NCBI GenBank assembly: GCA_004431415.1 | Contig: QPMI01000572.1 | Location: forward strand, 1-64,000 | Length of the DNA: 64,000 nucleotides | Direction of reading: 5' to 3' | Source: Cyanophora paradoxa CCMP329 | Lineage: Eukaryota > Plantae > Glaucophyta | In this document: piece after piece, positions 13,091 through 27,400 of the stretch | How the letters are laid out: each line of letters begins with the position of its first letter | Numbering within the stretch: position 1 is the first letter of the stretch | Position numbers and translations under genes: made by a program | Notes under the pieces: generated by a model | What the model was told of the DNA's origin: nothing | Seen by the model: the letters and a program-made list of their open reading frames with translations, nothing else | Database searches by the model: none

Positions 13091-13501
13091 GGGAAGCGCC
13101 GCGAGTCTTGTGCCGCCGCTCCGAGTTTGGCGGATGCAGGCTGGCAGAGCCCAGAGAGCCCGGCGCGGTGAGATTGGCCGAAACGGGTACAGTCACAAAC
13201 ACAAACTCTAACCTGTCTGCCGGCATCTCTCAGCAGTGCAGCGTAAGCATCAGCTCGCTGTGGTAGTAGCACCAACGCGCTTTGCCCGCCTCCGAACGAC
13301 GTTCATACCCGCAGCCAAGGCAGCAGGCGGCCAACTCCTCAGCTACGCTTGACGGGGGCTCGAAACTTATTGCAGTGCTCTCGCAAGGCTTTGTGAGGCT
13401 GGACGTGGGCGCCGCTGCACGACGGCGCGCCGCCGAGATGCCCTCACTGAGTCAACGTTAGCTAAGAGACCCCCAAGTGCCTGAGCGGGGCAGCAGGAGC
13501 C

Positions 13502-16500
13502 ATGGCGACACCCAGCAGACGTAAAAGCATCGCAGACGGCTCCTCGCCCATGCAGCTGCAGCTGGGCGTCGGCGGCGGCCAGCCCGGCGCGCTGCCGGCG
13601 CCCTCGCCGAAGGCGGCCGCGGGGCGCCGTGCGTCCATCAGCAACGCGCCGGACGCTCCCAAGTCCAGCCACCGGCGGAGCCTGGCCTCGCCCACGCAGC
13701 TCGGCGGGAAGCAGAGCGCCAACGCGGCGATGGAGGAGGCCGGCCGGCACATCGCCACCGTGCAGATGCTCGGCGCCGTGGTGCGCTGCCCCGCGCCCCC
13801 GCCGCCCCGCCAGAGGCGCGCCGGAATCGATCGGGTGGGATGGAATCGCAGGAGCGGGTGAACGACCTGCTGGCGCGGCTCGGGGAGGACGGCCTCCCCC
13901 CCGAGGACCTCGAGACCGCCAACGCGATCAAGGACGAGGCGCGCGCGCCCCGCCCCCGCCCCCGCCACGCCCCGCCGCGTCTGACCCGCCCCGCCCGCAG
14001 GTCTACCGCGAGCGCCTCATGTGCGGCCCCCGCCGCCCCTCTCCTCGCCCCGCCCGGCGCCCACGTTTGACGCGGCGGGGGCGGGGCGCAGGACGCTGGC
14101 GGACGCGGTGGCGAACCTCTTCGGGGACGAGATGCGCTCCCTCACCATCGACCCCGACGGCGCCGTCGCCTCCCTCTCCGTCCGCCCCCCGCCCCCTGCG
14201 CCGAAAACATTCGATCCGGGGCGCGCCCCCGCAGGAATTGGAGCACGCGGAGCACGAGGGGATCTCCCTGGACCCCCAGGCTCGCCCCGGCGCAGCTTCT
14301 TGTACGGCTTTTGGGGGGGGCTGACGCTGGGGGGTACGCCCGCAGGCCTTCGCGAAGCTCATCCTCGACTACCAAATGCAGCGCTCGAAGCTTGAGGAGG
14401 TGCACTCGAACGAGGTCGAGGGTGCGGCGTACCCCCACCCCTCCGCGTATTCCCCGGGGGTACAGGCGTGTTCTGACGGCCCCTTTTCGGCGCAGTGCTC
14501 ATGAAGACGCTGCAGGAGGCGAAGAAGAAGGGCTCCACCGCCCTGACGGCCCTCATGGAGATCACCAAGGGCGGCGCCCAGGCCGCGCACAGCTCGGGTT
14601 CGAACCCCGGGGGGGGCCTTTCCCTCCCCGGCCCGGTCGAGCGCGGCGCGGCGCAGCGCGGCTGGCGAGCGAGGAGGAGGAGCGGCTGAGGCGGGCGGAG
14701 GAGGAGAGCGCGCGGCTGCGGCTCCGCTGCCTCGCCCTCGAGGCCCGCGTCCGCCAGCTCGGCAAGGCGCGTACCCCGTACCCCCCCGGCAGCAGCGTGT
14801 ACCCGGTCGCCTCACGCCCCCGCCAGGCCGTGGAGGCGGCGCCGAAGCCCGAGCCGGTGAAGGTCGCGAGCGCGTTCACCCCTCTCCCGGGCTCCGAGGC
14901 GGCCATCAAGGCCGAGGCGCGCCATCCCTACCCCCCTCGCCCAATTCTGTACCCCTCACGGCGGGGTACGCGGGGCAGGAGGAGCGGGCGGCGCTGCTGG
15001 AGGCGGTGGAGGAGGGGGACCCCGACGACACCATCCAGCAGCTCGCCCAGGAGCTCCGCAAGGCGCGTACCCCCCACTCGCTTCCCCTCCCCCTCCCGCG
15101 GCTTAGTAGCGACGTACCCCTCATCGATTCTCGCAGGCCCAGCTGGAGACCCTGGCCCTGCAGAAGAAGTTCGAGAAGACCATGGGGGGTACGCCCCTCC
15201 CTCCGCGGGATCGCGTGTACCCCCGCCGGCTGACCTCGGGCGGCCTCCAGAGTGGTGGCAGGCGCAGGCGAAGTGCAAGCGGTTCGAGAAGACGGCGCAG
15301 ATCGCCGAGGAGAAGCTCGAGAAGGGTGCCAGCCCCCACTCCCCCTGTTCCCCCCCGATCGCGCCTCTCACCCCCCTCCGTCAGCGCTGGAGCACGCGGC
15401 GCAGGAGAGGGCCGCCCTCGAGAGGGAGCTCGAGGAGGTGCCGTACCCCCCTCGGGTCCGCGCCGGGTCGAGGCGGGGCCGGTTTCCGACGCGGCTCCGG
15501 CCAGGCGCGGGGGAAGCTGCGGGCGGTGCAGTCCACGGGGGTCCACCTCGCCCAGTGCGCGGCGACCCCGGCCCCTCCCCGCGAAGCGCCTGCGTACCCC
15601 CCGCCGAGCGTCCGCGTACCTTTAGGAAAGCGTTCAACCTGGAGGAGATCACGGCGGAGCTCGTGGAGCAGTTCCACGCCGAGGAGGGTGCGGCATCTGT
15701 TTGGTTGATCCGGCAGGCGTGTACCCCTCCTCCTCACGGGGGCGCGGCAGAGGAGGCAAGGATCGATGCGGAGTGGGAGGAGGGCGGCTGGGGCGAGGAG
15801 GTGGGACCCAGGCCCCCCGCGCCCCGCGCCCCATCCCTCCCCTTACTGTACCCCTAGGGAGGGGAGGCCGGCTCGCCCAGCGGGCCGGCCCTGAGCCCGG
15901 GCCCGGGCCCGGGCTCGAACCGGAGGCGGCGCAAGTCCATCGCCGCAAAGGTCCGCGGCCCGCCCCCTGGAGCAGAAGAGGGATCGGGGGGGCGGGCGGG
16001 AGCTGAGGGGCGGGCCTCAGAGGCCTCAGGCGCGGGCGGCGCTGGAGCGGGCGGCGGCGGCGACGTCGCTGGCGCGCACCGCGCGCGAGAGCATCGCCCG
16101 CGTCGCCAACCCCAACAGGCGCCCCTTCTTCCGCCGTCCCTCCTCGCTTCGCTTTGCGACGACTGACGCCGGGGGCAGCGCGCGGGGCGAGGGCTCGCAG
16201 CACGGCGGCAGCGGCGCCGGCGGCGGCGGCGCCGGCCTCTCCATCGAGATCGCGAGCAGCGCGGGGGACGCCACCACGCCCAAGGTCCCCCGGCCCCCGC
16301 CCCGCCCCCTCCGCTTCGCTCGCTGAGGGGCCGGGCGGGGCAGACGGCGCGCGGGGAGGCGTCGCCGACGGGGGCGGCGGGGGCCTCCGCGGCGCCGTCG
16401 CCGAGCTGCGCGAGGTGCCCCTGCCCCGCGCCCCCGCCCCGCCCTCCGCCCTTGCTGAGGAGCTCCCGCCCCGTCCCGCGCAGGCGACGGACGGGCTGCT

Positions 16501-19500
16501 GGAGCGCCTCGCCGTCGAGTCCGCCTCCGCCGGGTCCGGCCCCCTCGCCTTGGAGCTCGCCCGGGGCCTGGCCGGGGCCTGGGCCCTGGGGCCACCTCTG
16601 AGCGGCGGCGCCCCGCGCAGGTCGCCCAAGTCGAGCCCGGCGGAGGCCGTCTTCGCCTGCGCGGGGGACCTGCGCGCCGCCCTCGCCGCCCTCGCCTCCC
16701 TGCCCCCGCTCCCCAGGTCCGCCCGCCGCTCCGGCCGGCCGGCGGGGCCGACGATGGCGGCGCTGAGGGGGACGGGGGCGCGCCCTCAGATCGAGGAGGC
16801 GCTGCGGACGGCGGCGGAGGCGGAGGGCCTGCGCGCCCGCCTCGAGGAGGCGCGCCCCCCGCCGCCGCCTTCTACAGCGGGCGCCGCTGACGCCGTCGGC
16901 CGGGGCGGGGCAGGCGGAGCGGGGCCGGGCGGAGGCGGAGGGGGCGCTGGGGGCGGCGCGGGGCGAGGGGGAGGAGCTGAGGGGCCAGGTCGACGCCCTT
17001 ACCCGCCTCCGCGACGCCGAGGTGAGCGGGGCGGGGCCCGGTCCGGCCTGCCCCGTCTCCAACGCGGCGACGCTGAGGGGGCCGGCGGGGCGTGCCGGCA
17101 GCTGGGGCGGCTGGAGGAGATGATCCGGGAGAACGGTCGCCTGAACGAGGCCCTCGCCGCCCGCCAGCGCGACGTGCGCCCCGCCGCCCCGCCCCGCCCC
17201 GCCCTCGCCCTCGCCCTCGCCTCAGCTGCGCTCAGATGGAGCGGCTGGCGGACGACGCGGCGGAGGCCCTCGACGACGACCCCTTCTCGTGCGCTGCGCC
17301 CTCCAGAGACCCCCTCGATCGCGAAGAAGCGGGGGCCCAGCCAGAATGCTAGACGCCGCTGGGTGTCAGGCGCGTTGATGCCGAGCTGTGCGCTTCGCAG
17401 GAGCGACGGGGGCAGGGAGGGTGAATCCGGCACCGGCGACGGCAGCGGCGGCGGTGGCGGTGGTGGAGACGGCGGCAGCAAGCGGCGGCGGCGGGGGCGG
17501 CAGAGGGAGGAGGGCGAGGAGGGGCCCCGCGGGGTGCGCCGGGCTCTCTCCCGGCCCCGTCGGTCGGGCGCGGGCGTGAAGCTTGAGGGGGCGCAGGAGG
17601 ACGGGGAGGCGGTGGCGGAGGCGGCGGCCTCGGGGGGGCCCATCGCGGCCATCGCGGAGATCTCCCGCCGCGTCCGCCGCTGGCTCGCCGGCGTCCAGGT
17701 GCCGTCCAACCCCACAGCCTATTGTGAAATTAAGCCGTCTCGAGCCGTCTTGGCCCATCCACCCCCCCGCCGCCCTCGCCTCCTGCCCCGCCGACGCGCC
17801 GGCGCCCGCCCCCGCCCGGCCCCGCGCAGGGGGAGGTGCTGGCGAACGCGGCGCGGATGGAGCAGCGGCGCCAGGAGCTCCTCGAGGCCCAGAAGACCTC
17901 CCGCGCCCGCTGGGCCTCCACGTGCGCCCGCTGCCGCCCCACAGAACCTCCCCCCGCCCCGCTCCGACGCCGCCGCAGGGGGCGAGGGCTGCTGCAGGAC
18001 GAGGCGGCGGCCCCGGAGCCGGCGGACGCCGTCTCCGCCCTCGGCACCCCCCGCGCCTCTGGTGCCCCCGCCCCCGCCCGCCCCGCCCCGCCCCGCCCGC
18101 GGCTCGCTGAAGAAGGGGCAGGGGAGGAGGTGGTGGCGGGTGCGGGGCGGGGCGGCTCGGGCGGGCCGCCGGTCTTCCACCCGCTCGCCAGCATGACCCT
18201 CCAGGCCCGCCCGCCCGTCCCCTGCCCCTGCGCCTGCTTGGGAGCCCTCTGAGGCGGGCGGGGCCGGGGCGGGCAGGTGACGGGGCGGGGCAGGCCGCCC
18301 GCCGGCGGCGGCGCCAAGTCCTCGGGCGCCGCCCTCGCCGCCCGCTACGGCGGCCGATCCCTCGCCACCGACCCCCTGGCTCGCACCCCCCGCCCGCCCT
18401 CTTCCTCTCTTTCCTTCCCCTTCTCACGGGCGGCGCCGCCCTCGCGCAGGTGGTGGGGGTCGGGATGGGCGGGCACGCGGTGGTCCGGCCCCAGCGCACC
18501 GTCCCCAGGCGCGCGCGGCCCGCCTCCGAAGACAGCCCTCCTTGGGCCGCGCGCGCCCTCTGACTGCGGCGCAGCATCGCGCCGGGCCCGGCGCAGCTGC
18601 TTGGGGGCGAGTGGGGCCCCACCCGGCGGCAGCTGCTCGCCCCGGCGCCCCGCCCCGCCCGCGGCCGCCCCGGCCCGAGGCGGCGAAGCCCGCGGCGGCG
18701 CCCCCGCCCCGAACCCCTTCGAGGGGGAGGCGGACCCGCGGGCGGAGTGGCGGGCGCCCGGGACGGGCCCGCGGGCGTGGAGCGCGGGGCGTCGCGGGAG
18801 GGCTCGCGGGGGCCGGCGGGGCCCGGGCCGCAGCAGGCGGGGCGGCCGGCCTCGGCGCACGACCTCCCGCGCTCCGCATCCGACTCGCGCATCGGCGCCG
18901 CCGCCGCCCGCACGACCTCCACCGCCGGCAGCGGCCGCACCGCCGGTCCGCCCTCTTCTGCTTGCGCCTTATCGCCCGTCTCCGACGCACCCCCCGCAGC
19001 CTCGGCGCTGGTGTCCGAGGCGATGGCCGACGCGGCCGGCGAGCTCGGCTGGCCCTGGGCCCTCGGGGGCGTCCCCCTCGCCGAGGACCCGGCGGCGGGC
19101 TACCCCCTCGGAGGTGAGCAAGAGGTAGGAGAGGAGGAGGAGGAGGAGGGGGCGGCGGCGGCGGCGGCCCCGCGCCCCGCGGCGGGGGCGGAGCAGAGGT
19201 CGCCCGGGAAGGTCCCCCGGGCGGGGGGCCCGGCGCCGGCCTTCCCCTCGGGGTTCCGCAAGGGACCGCTGCGGGGCCCGGGCTGGCCGGAGGGCGGCGA
19301 GTCGGTGGCGATCGGGGGCGGGGCGGCGGTGGCGGCGCCGAACCGGCCGCCCTCGCTGGCGCCCTGGGGCCAGGACTCGTCCAGCAGCATCCTGGGCGCC
19401 CTCGTCGCCCCCTCGAAGGCCCACAGGCCCACAAGGCCCGCCCCCGCCCCCCGCCCCGCCCCCGCCCCCCGCCGACCTTCGGCCTTCGCCGCGCGCAGGG

Positions 19501-21113
19501 GGCGCCGAGCCTCGCCTCGGTGGCCTCGGGGGACTCGCCCACGCCGCACGTCTCCGCACCCCCGTCCGGCATCATGGTGCGCCTTATCGACGAGTGCCGC
19601 GCTCGCTCGCGGGTCGCTGATGCGGCCCCCGCAGCCCGTGCACCCGCAGCAGCCGGCAGCCGCCCCCACGCACCCCTCCTCCTTCCCCGCGGCGTCCGAG
19701 GCCAGGGGCGCGGGAGGCGGCGGCGGCGGCGGCGGGGGCGCGGGGGAGGGCAGGGGCGGGGCGGCGGGGAGGCAGCGGGCCGGCCACCCCGCGCACGGGC
19801 GCGCGCAGATGCCCATCACCAGCGTCCGCCCGGTCCGCCCCTCCCCCGCCCTCCCCCCCTCGCGGTGTACCCTCCGCCGATCCCTTCCCTCAGATGTTTG
19901 GGGGGGAGAACCAGCCGGAGGCGTACGAGCTCTGGGGAAACGGTCTCCTCGGCGGCGAGGGCGCCCGCGCGGTACCTCCCTTCCTCTCGAATCCGTCGTA
20001 GGCGAGAATTGACCCCGCGGATCCGGCAGGTGGAAGCGGCGCTCACGGCCGAGGCGGAGAGCCGCCTGGGGGCGTACGCCGACGTTCTCTCCGAGGTGAG
20101 CGTACCCCCTCCCCGCGCTCACCTCCCCCCGCTGATCGGGGGGGGGGGGTATGCGCAGCGGGAGCGTGCGATGATCGTCGCGGCGGCCATCGGCGACCTG
20201 AAGCGCGACGCCGCCCTCCAGGTGCCCCGTACCCCTTCCCAGGGGGGGGGAGCCTTTCGAGGGGTAGGGCACTGAGCTGCCAGCGCAGGCGGCGGTGGCT
20301 GCGGGCCTGGCGCCGCCGGTGGCGCCGCTGGTGCCCCAGACGCTCACCCTCGACGTCAACAACGACAGGGGCGGCTCCCCTCGGGGCCAGCCGGCCCCCG
20401 GCCCCGCCGGCCCCGGCGGCGGCGGGCTGCCGCGGGCGGCGCTGCGGGCGGGGCCCGGGGAGGATCGGGAGGAGTGGGCTCCCGGGAAGGAGACGCTGGA
20501 GGGGGCCCTGCGCTCCGTCCTCCACCCGCTCCCCTCCATGCCCGCCCTCCTCCTTCGCGCCCCGGGCCCCGCCCCCGGCGACCCCGCCCGCCGCTTCGCG
20601 CCCCCGCGCCGCCCCGCCCGCGAGGAGGAGCCGCCGGCGCCGCCCCCGGCCCCCGTGCCCATCTCCTCGCTCACGCCGGACGCGCTGGTGCCGCGCAAAG
20701 CGGCGGGGGGCGCGGCGGCGGCGGACGTGAGCCCGTACATGCGGGAGATGGCGCGGCTGCTGCAGAAAGCGGGGGCGCCCCCGCCGCCCCGCCCGAGCCC
20801 CGCCGCCCGCCCCGCTCCCTCCCGCAGCAGCAGCACGGCCCCGCCGGCGGCGCCGCGAGCCCCGCGCGCTCCCGTCGCCCCCGCCGGCGGCCGCCGCGCC
20901 CCTGCAGGCGCACGGGAGCCCCTCCCCCTCCTTCTCCCCCTCGGCGGTGCCGCGGGGCACCGTGCTCCCCGCCATCCGCGGCGAGGCCGAGCCGCTCCGG
21001 CCCCCGCCGCCCTCCAGCCCGGGGCCGGGGCCGGCGCCGGCGCCGGGGCCCCTGGCGGCCCCCGCGGACCTCAAGCCGCTCCTCAGCAAGGCCCTCGCGT
21101 AGCCGTCACGTAG
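13502..21113 (+). CDS. Large multi-exon coiled-coil / low-complexity protein (possibly more than one gene)
   Basis: Starts MATPSRRKSIADG. Many E/R/A/L-rich heptad-like exons (e.g. EEERLRRAEEESARLR, KRFEKTAQIAEEKLEK, LEEMIRENGRLNEALAARQR, QVEAALTAEAESRLG) bounded by gcag acceptors. The Pro-rich last exon ends at 21113. Confidence 0.55.
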
Positions 21114-21954
21114 CCGCCGCGTAGCCGTCCGTAGCCGGCTGATGTCGATATCCATGTTCCGTTCTCGATTGCAGGCGCCCTAGCGGGCTTGCGTCCGTTG
21201 CAAGCGCTCTCGACTCGGGGGGCCGGCGGTGGGGCGCGCAGGCCTAGGAGCCTGGGGCTCACCGAGCCGGTGCGCGTGATCCTGCGGGCGGGGGTAGTCT
21301 AGGCTGTCAGCGTCCGCGGCCCCTTGAGCTGTGGAATGGAATGTGGACTTCTAGATCTCTCTGTAAGCCGTGAATTCGAAGGAATTTGTCGCTGTGCTCA
21401 TGAGGGGTATATAACGTACGTGCTCATGATGCAAGGTGCAATTGCAATTGCAGTGCCACGGTGTTTATGATCACGAATTCGATCGCGACATGTATACGTA
21501 CAAGTTAACGTTGAACCAATGTCCACAATTAAAAAATTGAACTCGGAACGTTAACCGACACGTCACGGCGTACGTAGTACTGTCACGTGAATTACGAAGT
21601 TCTCTGGCCCCGCTTCGGAATAGCAACTCGAGTAGTACTCCGCCCCCCAAAAGGCTGACTCAGTGAGACCATGATAGCTGACCACTTTATAATTTTCATT
21701 AAAGGCCAAGAATTAAACACATGCACTGCGACACATTGTACTCGTTTGTACACGTAGTTGACGCTGTCAAAGGCAACAGCACTCTCTGCAATAACTGAAG
21801 GCGAATAATCGGCAGCACGTACACCGGCGAATAATCGAAACCTGAATTCGAAGCACGAGCGGAACCGCCGATATATATCGGCCGATGGGCCGGCGCGGAT
21901 GGAGAGGGGCCGCGGCTGCGGCGCGGGGGCGGGGTACGGAGCCGGGGGCCGCCG

Positions 21955-24170
21955 CTAGGGGAGGCACCACTTCTCGCGCTTCTCCTCGCACTCGATGTGG
22001 ACGGTCACGCGAAGGGCGCGGCCCCCGTACGCCCCCTCCACCCCCGCCACCCAGAACCTGCGCCCCGGCCGGCATGGTCAAGGCGCGGGCCCGCGGGCGA
22101 CCGGAGCTGAACAGAGACGGGCGGCACCGGGTATCGGAGAGGCCGGTGCCGTAGTCGTTGGCCGCCCAGAAGCCCCGATTCTCCCGCTGCGTGTGGTTCC
22201 CGTCCAGGTGCTGGGCGCGAATTCGAAGCTCAGGGCTAAGGCTCCAGGGGGCGAAGGCCTAGGGCACGAGCCCGGGGCGGGGAGAGGGGTGCGCGGCACC
22301 TCCCACAGCACCCGCCAGGCCTCCTGCGGGGGTACGGGCGAGCTCCGTCAGGGGGTACGGGCACTGGTGCGGGGGACGGGGTGCTCTCGTGCGCGCACGT
22401 GCCAATTGACGCCCGACAAGTTGACGCGCGCGTCGTAGGGGGGCCAGATCTGCGGCCCGAGGGTTAGCCTCAGCCCCCCCCCCCAAACGAAGCGAAGTCG
22501 TGGGGGGTACCGCACCGGCTTCTTCTTGTACCGGTACATGACGACGTCGTCCTCCTGCGGGGCACAGGCCATCGCCGCGAGGAGCGGGGGGCGGGCCGGA
22601 TTCGAGGGCCGAGCGCGGCGGGGCGCACCTGCCCCCAGCCCCAGAGCTCCGACGGGAATCCGTCGATCGCCTGCAGCGCGTCCTTCGGAAAGACCTGTAC
22701 CCGTATCAGCGGGCCCCGGGGCGGGCGGTGTGGGGGTACAGGCGCGCGATGTTTCCCCCGAGGAATTCCAGCCCGTGGTAGACGGGGTGGTTCCAGCCTG
22801 CGAGGGGGTACCGGCGACCGTCAAGAGCGAACGTAGGTGCAGGGGTACCGGGGACGCACTGGGCGTGAGGTGCGTGGGGCGCTCGGGAAACGCATCGTAC
22901 CGTACCCGCTCCGTCTTTGGAAGGGTGTCGACGTCGCTGCGGGGTGGAGGGGGTACAGGGGTACATCGCGTCGGGGCATGGGGGCCGGGGGGGGGGGGGG
23001 GGGGGCAGCGCGGGGTAGGGGCCTCACTGGATGAGGAGGTAGTGAAAGTCGGATTGGAGGGCGAGGATGAGGGCAGCGTTGATGAGGGCCCCGCGGTTGA
23101 ACTTGTACCCTGCGTCTTGCTGCGGGCGCGATGAGGGGATATAGTCTTTAGGGATGGCCGGCGGGCCAGGGAGACGCGGGAATCAGCGAGGGAAGGGGGC
23201 GGCGGACCTCGAGAAAGATAAGGGAATATTGTACCCCCTGCCTCTCGAGCATCTGGGGTACGCGTTCCATGAACGCCTTCTCCTGCACCTCCCTGTTCCG
23301 CACGGGTACGATGACCAGGAGTTGGTCCAGCTGCGGGGGTGCGGCAAGCAAGTGAGGGGGAGGGGGGGTAGGCGAGGGGGGTAGGCCCGCACGGAGCCGC
23401 GCGTGAGGGCAGCTTCGAGGGCCCCCGGCTTGAGCCAGGCCCGCACGTCCCCCCCGGGCCAGCACTGGACGCCCGCGCGCTTCTCGACGCAGTGCCCCCG
23501 CCTGATGACCGCCGCGGCGCAGATCGCGTTGGCCGCGCAGACGTGCGCGCACTCCTTCAGCTCCTTCACCTGCGGCGCGCGGCGGCGGCGCCCGGTCGGC
23601 GTCGGGACTCGAATCGAATTCGATCCGGCGGGGGGCCGGTGTCTGTCGGACCTCGGTGTGCTCAGCGAGGTCGAACCCTTCGCACTGCACATCGCGCAGC
23701 GCCTCGCGCTCGACGTCGGCCGGCGGCCGTACAGCTTGCAGCCCGCCTCGCGCATCGTAGTCGGCCCAGGACGTCAGCGGGCAGCGCGGCTCGCCGGGCC
23801 GCCCGCAGAGCGACCGCCGGGGCGGCTCCGAGGCTCCCGACAGCGCGAGGAGGGCCGGATACATCTGGCGGAGCGATCGGATCTCAACGACGGTTCCCGC
23901 GGCGCGAGGCGCGAGCGAGCACCGCGCGCGCACCGGCGCGCTCGCGTTGAACTTCCATGCGTAAGGCGCGAGGTCGCTTGGCACGAACGAGGTTGCCGCT
24001 GCAGGCTGCTCACAGCTGCTTCGCGGCGCCGCGAGCCAGAGGAGAAACACCGCCACTGCCGTGAGCAGGGCCAGCAACAACCGCCGCCGCCGCCGCGTGC
24101 CGCTCGCTTGCAAATAGCTGCGCCGCAAGCTCGCAGCTATCATTCCGCAGCTCTGCGCGAGCCCCTGCAT
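21955..24170 (-). CDS. B4GALT7-like: GT7 beta-1,4-galactosyltransferase, B4GALT7 (xylosylprotein galactosyltransferase I)-like; type II Golgi membrane protein
   Basis: N-terminal RRRRRLLLALLTAVAVFLLWLAA anchor; LLVIVPVRNR; KFNRGALIN; YLLIH|DVDTLP (DxD); HPVYHGLEFLGG; ELWGWGQ|EDD (~22630); C-terminal VTVHIECEEKREKWCLP*. Start may be 24143. Confidence 0.9.
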
Positions 24171-24419
24171 ATCATCGACGTCGACGGCGACGTTGCTGGC
24201 TAGCCGCAGGGCCACTCGCCGCCCCGAAAGTGCATGCTGAAGCCTGAAGAAACTGGTTCTCACGGGACGATTCGCGCGCCGGGGTACAGAGACCAGTTCT
24301 TGTGGCATCGGCGTCGGAGCTCGCCCGCATGACAGAAAGCACCGCGCCGAGCGGCCTCGCTGGCACCTAAAGCAGGTGGCGCACCGGCGTAAAGCGGTAG
24401 CTGACCTGCCTGCATCACG

Positions 24420-27400
24420 ATGGGCATGCGCGTGTTGCGCCGGCGGAACCTGCTGCTCGCGTTCGTGCTGGCGACCGTCTTCGCGACGGCCGGGCTCAAT
24501 CTTCTCCGCTCGGGCATGCCTCAGTGGCCGCGGTCGCGCGAACCCATACCAGCTGCAGCCGCAGTCCAGCAGCCAGCGCCCTGCGTCCCACCGGCACAGA
24601 CTCCTGCCGTCGAGCCGCATCAAAGTGCGGCGCTCGCATCGAGAGCTTCGGCCGACAAGCAGTCCGACAGGCACTCCGTCGTGCGCAAGCCAGGAGTCGT
24701 CCCCAAGGTTCGAGACCCGCACACGCTAGGCGGGCTACCGGCGGCCGACGCGCTCGCCCAGGTGTCGGATGCAAACGCTGCAGAGCGCGAGGCGCTCTTC
24801 GGGCCGCTGGTCGAGTACATGGAGAAAGGTGGGCGCGCCGCGCCGCGATCAAATTGCGATTCGAACGAGCGAGCGAGCGCAGGCTTCCCCCCGGAGGCCT
24901 TCAAGACGGGCCTGACCGACGCGCACGGCTGCGCCGCTAACTTTTCGAACTGCTTCGACGTCAGCCGGTGAGGGCCGCGCGCCGGCCTCCCGCCCCTCGG
25001 CGACGCCGGCCGCGGCGCCCTCACCCGCCGCCCAGCTGCTCCCGGGACGACTTCCGCGTGTACGTGTACCCCAAGGACCACGAAATAAACATGACCTTCC
25101 GGCCCTACACTATGGACGAATTCTTCCGTACCTCTCCGTACCCGTACCCCCCGCGGCCTGCCCCTGATGCTGTACGCCCAGACCACTCGCTTCCGCGTGG
25201 CCTCCGTAGCTCAATTTACTACACGGACGATGTGCGCGTACTCCCGGAGCGCATTTTGTTCCCCGACGCACCGCGTACCCCCCCGCAGGCATCCGAGGCG
25301 TGCGCGTTCTTCGAGCTGCCGAGCTGCGTGAACGACCACTCGTGCGCGTACCCCGCTCCCTTGCATCTAAGAGGGCTCCGCCGAGCCCCGCGCCGGCAGC
25401 TGCGAGGTCCTCACGAACGACAAGCTCCAGGCCAGGCTCGAGTACTTCGGGGACCTCGGTACCCCCCCACCCTTCCCCCCCAAAAACATGCCCGCCCCTC
25501 CCTAACGAAACCATCGCAGGCATGAACGTGCGCGCGGGCCGTCGGTTTCGCTGACTGTACCCCGTGTGACATCCCCCCCCCCCCCCCGCGGAATCGGCAG
25601 CACATGCGGGTACTCGTATCGGACGACGACGACCCGAAGAACAGTGCGCAGTCCGATTCCATACCCCCTCCCCGATCCCGTACCCCTCGGGGTGGCCCCA
25701 AGCCCATCCGACTCCCCCCGCAGTCTTCTCCAAAGAGATCTTTCTCCGCTCCAACGCGAGGCCTCCTTTTTTCCGGGAGGGTACGCGACCTCGCAGGTTC
25801 TACCCCCCCGCCCACCTCCCTCTTACCCTTCCGCAGGCTTCGACATCTCGGTACCCCTCCCGCGGTTCTGGTGGGCGTCGTCGCAGTCCTCTCCGCCGCG
25901 TACCCCGGCCCTTGACGCGGCCGCGCGCAGGCCCGGGTCCCACACGCCCCCCGCCATGCACAAGCGGTGAGCGGCGCGCGCGCCCGATGCGTGAAGGGTT
26001 ACCACCGGGGCCCGCCTCCGGGTTCGAACCCGCATCGGATCGCGCGCTGACCGCGCGCGCAGGCCGCTCCTCCTCGCCATGAAGGCGCGCCGCTACAAGT
26101 CCCACGCCCAGATCCGGAACGAGGTACCCCCGCTCCCAGTTTATGCGTACCCCGAACCCTTGGCCCCGCGCCCGATGCCGCACCCCAGATCCACAAGATC
26201 GACAACGGGAAGGACGTCATCATCCGCCTCCAGTGCTGTGCGCCGCGTACCCCTCCCCGCGCCCTGCGAACCGCGCCCCCTTACTCCGTCTCCCTCTCCC
26301 CGCATCCCTCCCGGCGGCGGCAGCCCACTTCGGTGCCTGCTCCCCTCCCCGCCCCGTCCCGCGCTCCGCCCCTTCAGCTGAGCAGACGCGAGGGCAGACA
26401 AGCCGACGGACGAGCGCTGCGAGGAGGACGACCGCAAGTTCAAGGAAGGCGCGCGCTTTCTTCCGGACGGACCCCTCCGCGCCCCCGGGAGGAGCTGATG
26501 CGTACATACACGCGCGCGCGCAGTGAACATGGCGGACCTGCTGCGGCAGGCCCGCTTCGGGCTCGTCCTCGCGGGGTGCGGCCGGGCGCGGGCGCCCCGC
26601 ACCCCCCGCCCTGCTCCGCCTCCCCCCACCTTCCCGGCAGCTGGGGCTCCCACTCCTACCGCCTCGTGGAAACGATGGAGGCGGGGGCCATCCCCGTCGT
26701 CCTCATCGACGACCTCGGTCCGCGTACCCCGCCTCCCCCTCCTCCCCCCGCTCTGACGGGGGGCGCAGTGATGCCCTTCCACGAGGTGGTGGACTGGTCC
26801 CTCTGCGCCGTCCGCCTCCCCGAGGCCCGCTACGCCGAGCTCCCCGCCGTCCTCCGCAGGCGAGCCGCCGCCCCCGCCCCCCCTTCTTCCTCCCCCTCCC
26901 CCTCATCGCCCGCTCCCTTCTTCTACCCCTCCCGGGCCCACCCCGGCCCGGCTCCAGGTTCACGATGAAGCAGCTGAACGCGATGTTCACCCACTGCCGC
27001 TTCATCTTCGACAAGCGCGCCCGTACCCCCCTTAGCTTCCTCTCGCCCCCGGTCCGTGCTGATCCCGTACCCCCTCCCTGCCCCCGCCCCCGCAGCTACA
27101 TGAAGGACGTGGACGGGTACGCACGCGGCATTGCGTGCGTCCGGACCCCCGCCCCACCCCACCCCCCGCCCCGCCCCGCCCCGCCGCGCCCCTCAGGCTC
27201 GGGGCGGGGCAGGGAGACGCTGCGCTGGCGCGTCTTCGGCGAGGCAGAGGTCCTCCACACCGCCTTCCAGGTACCCCCCACTCCTCCCCCCTTTACGAGT
27301 CTAGCCGGCGCCGACCTGGCGCCCGCAGGAGCCGGCGCCGCCGACGGCGGGGCGGGGCAAGCAGCCGCCGGAGGCCCCCACGAACAGCGGGCCCTGGGTC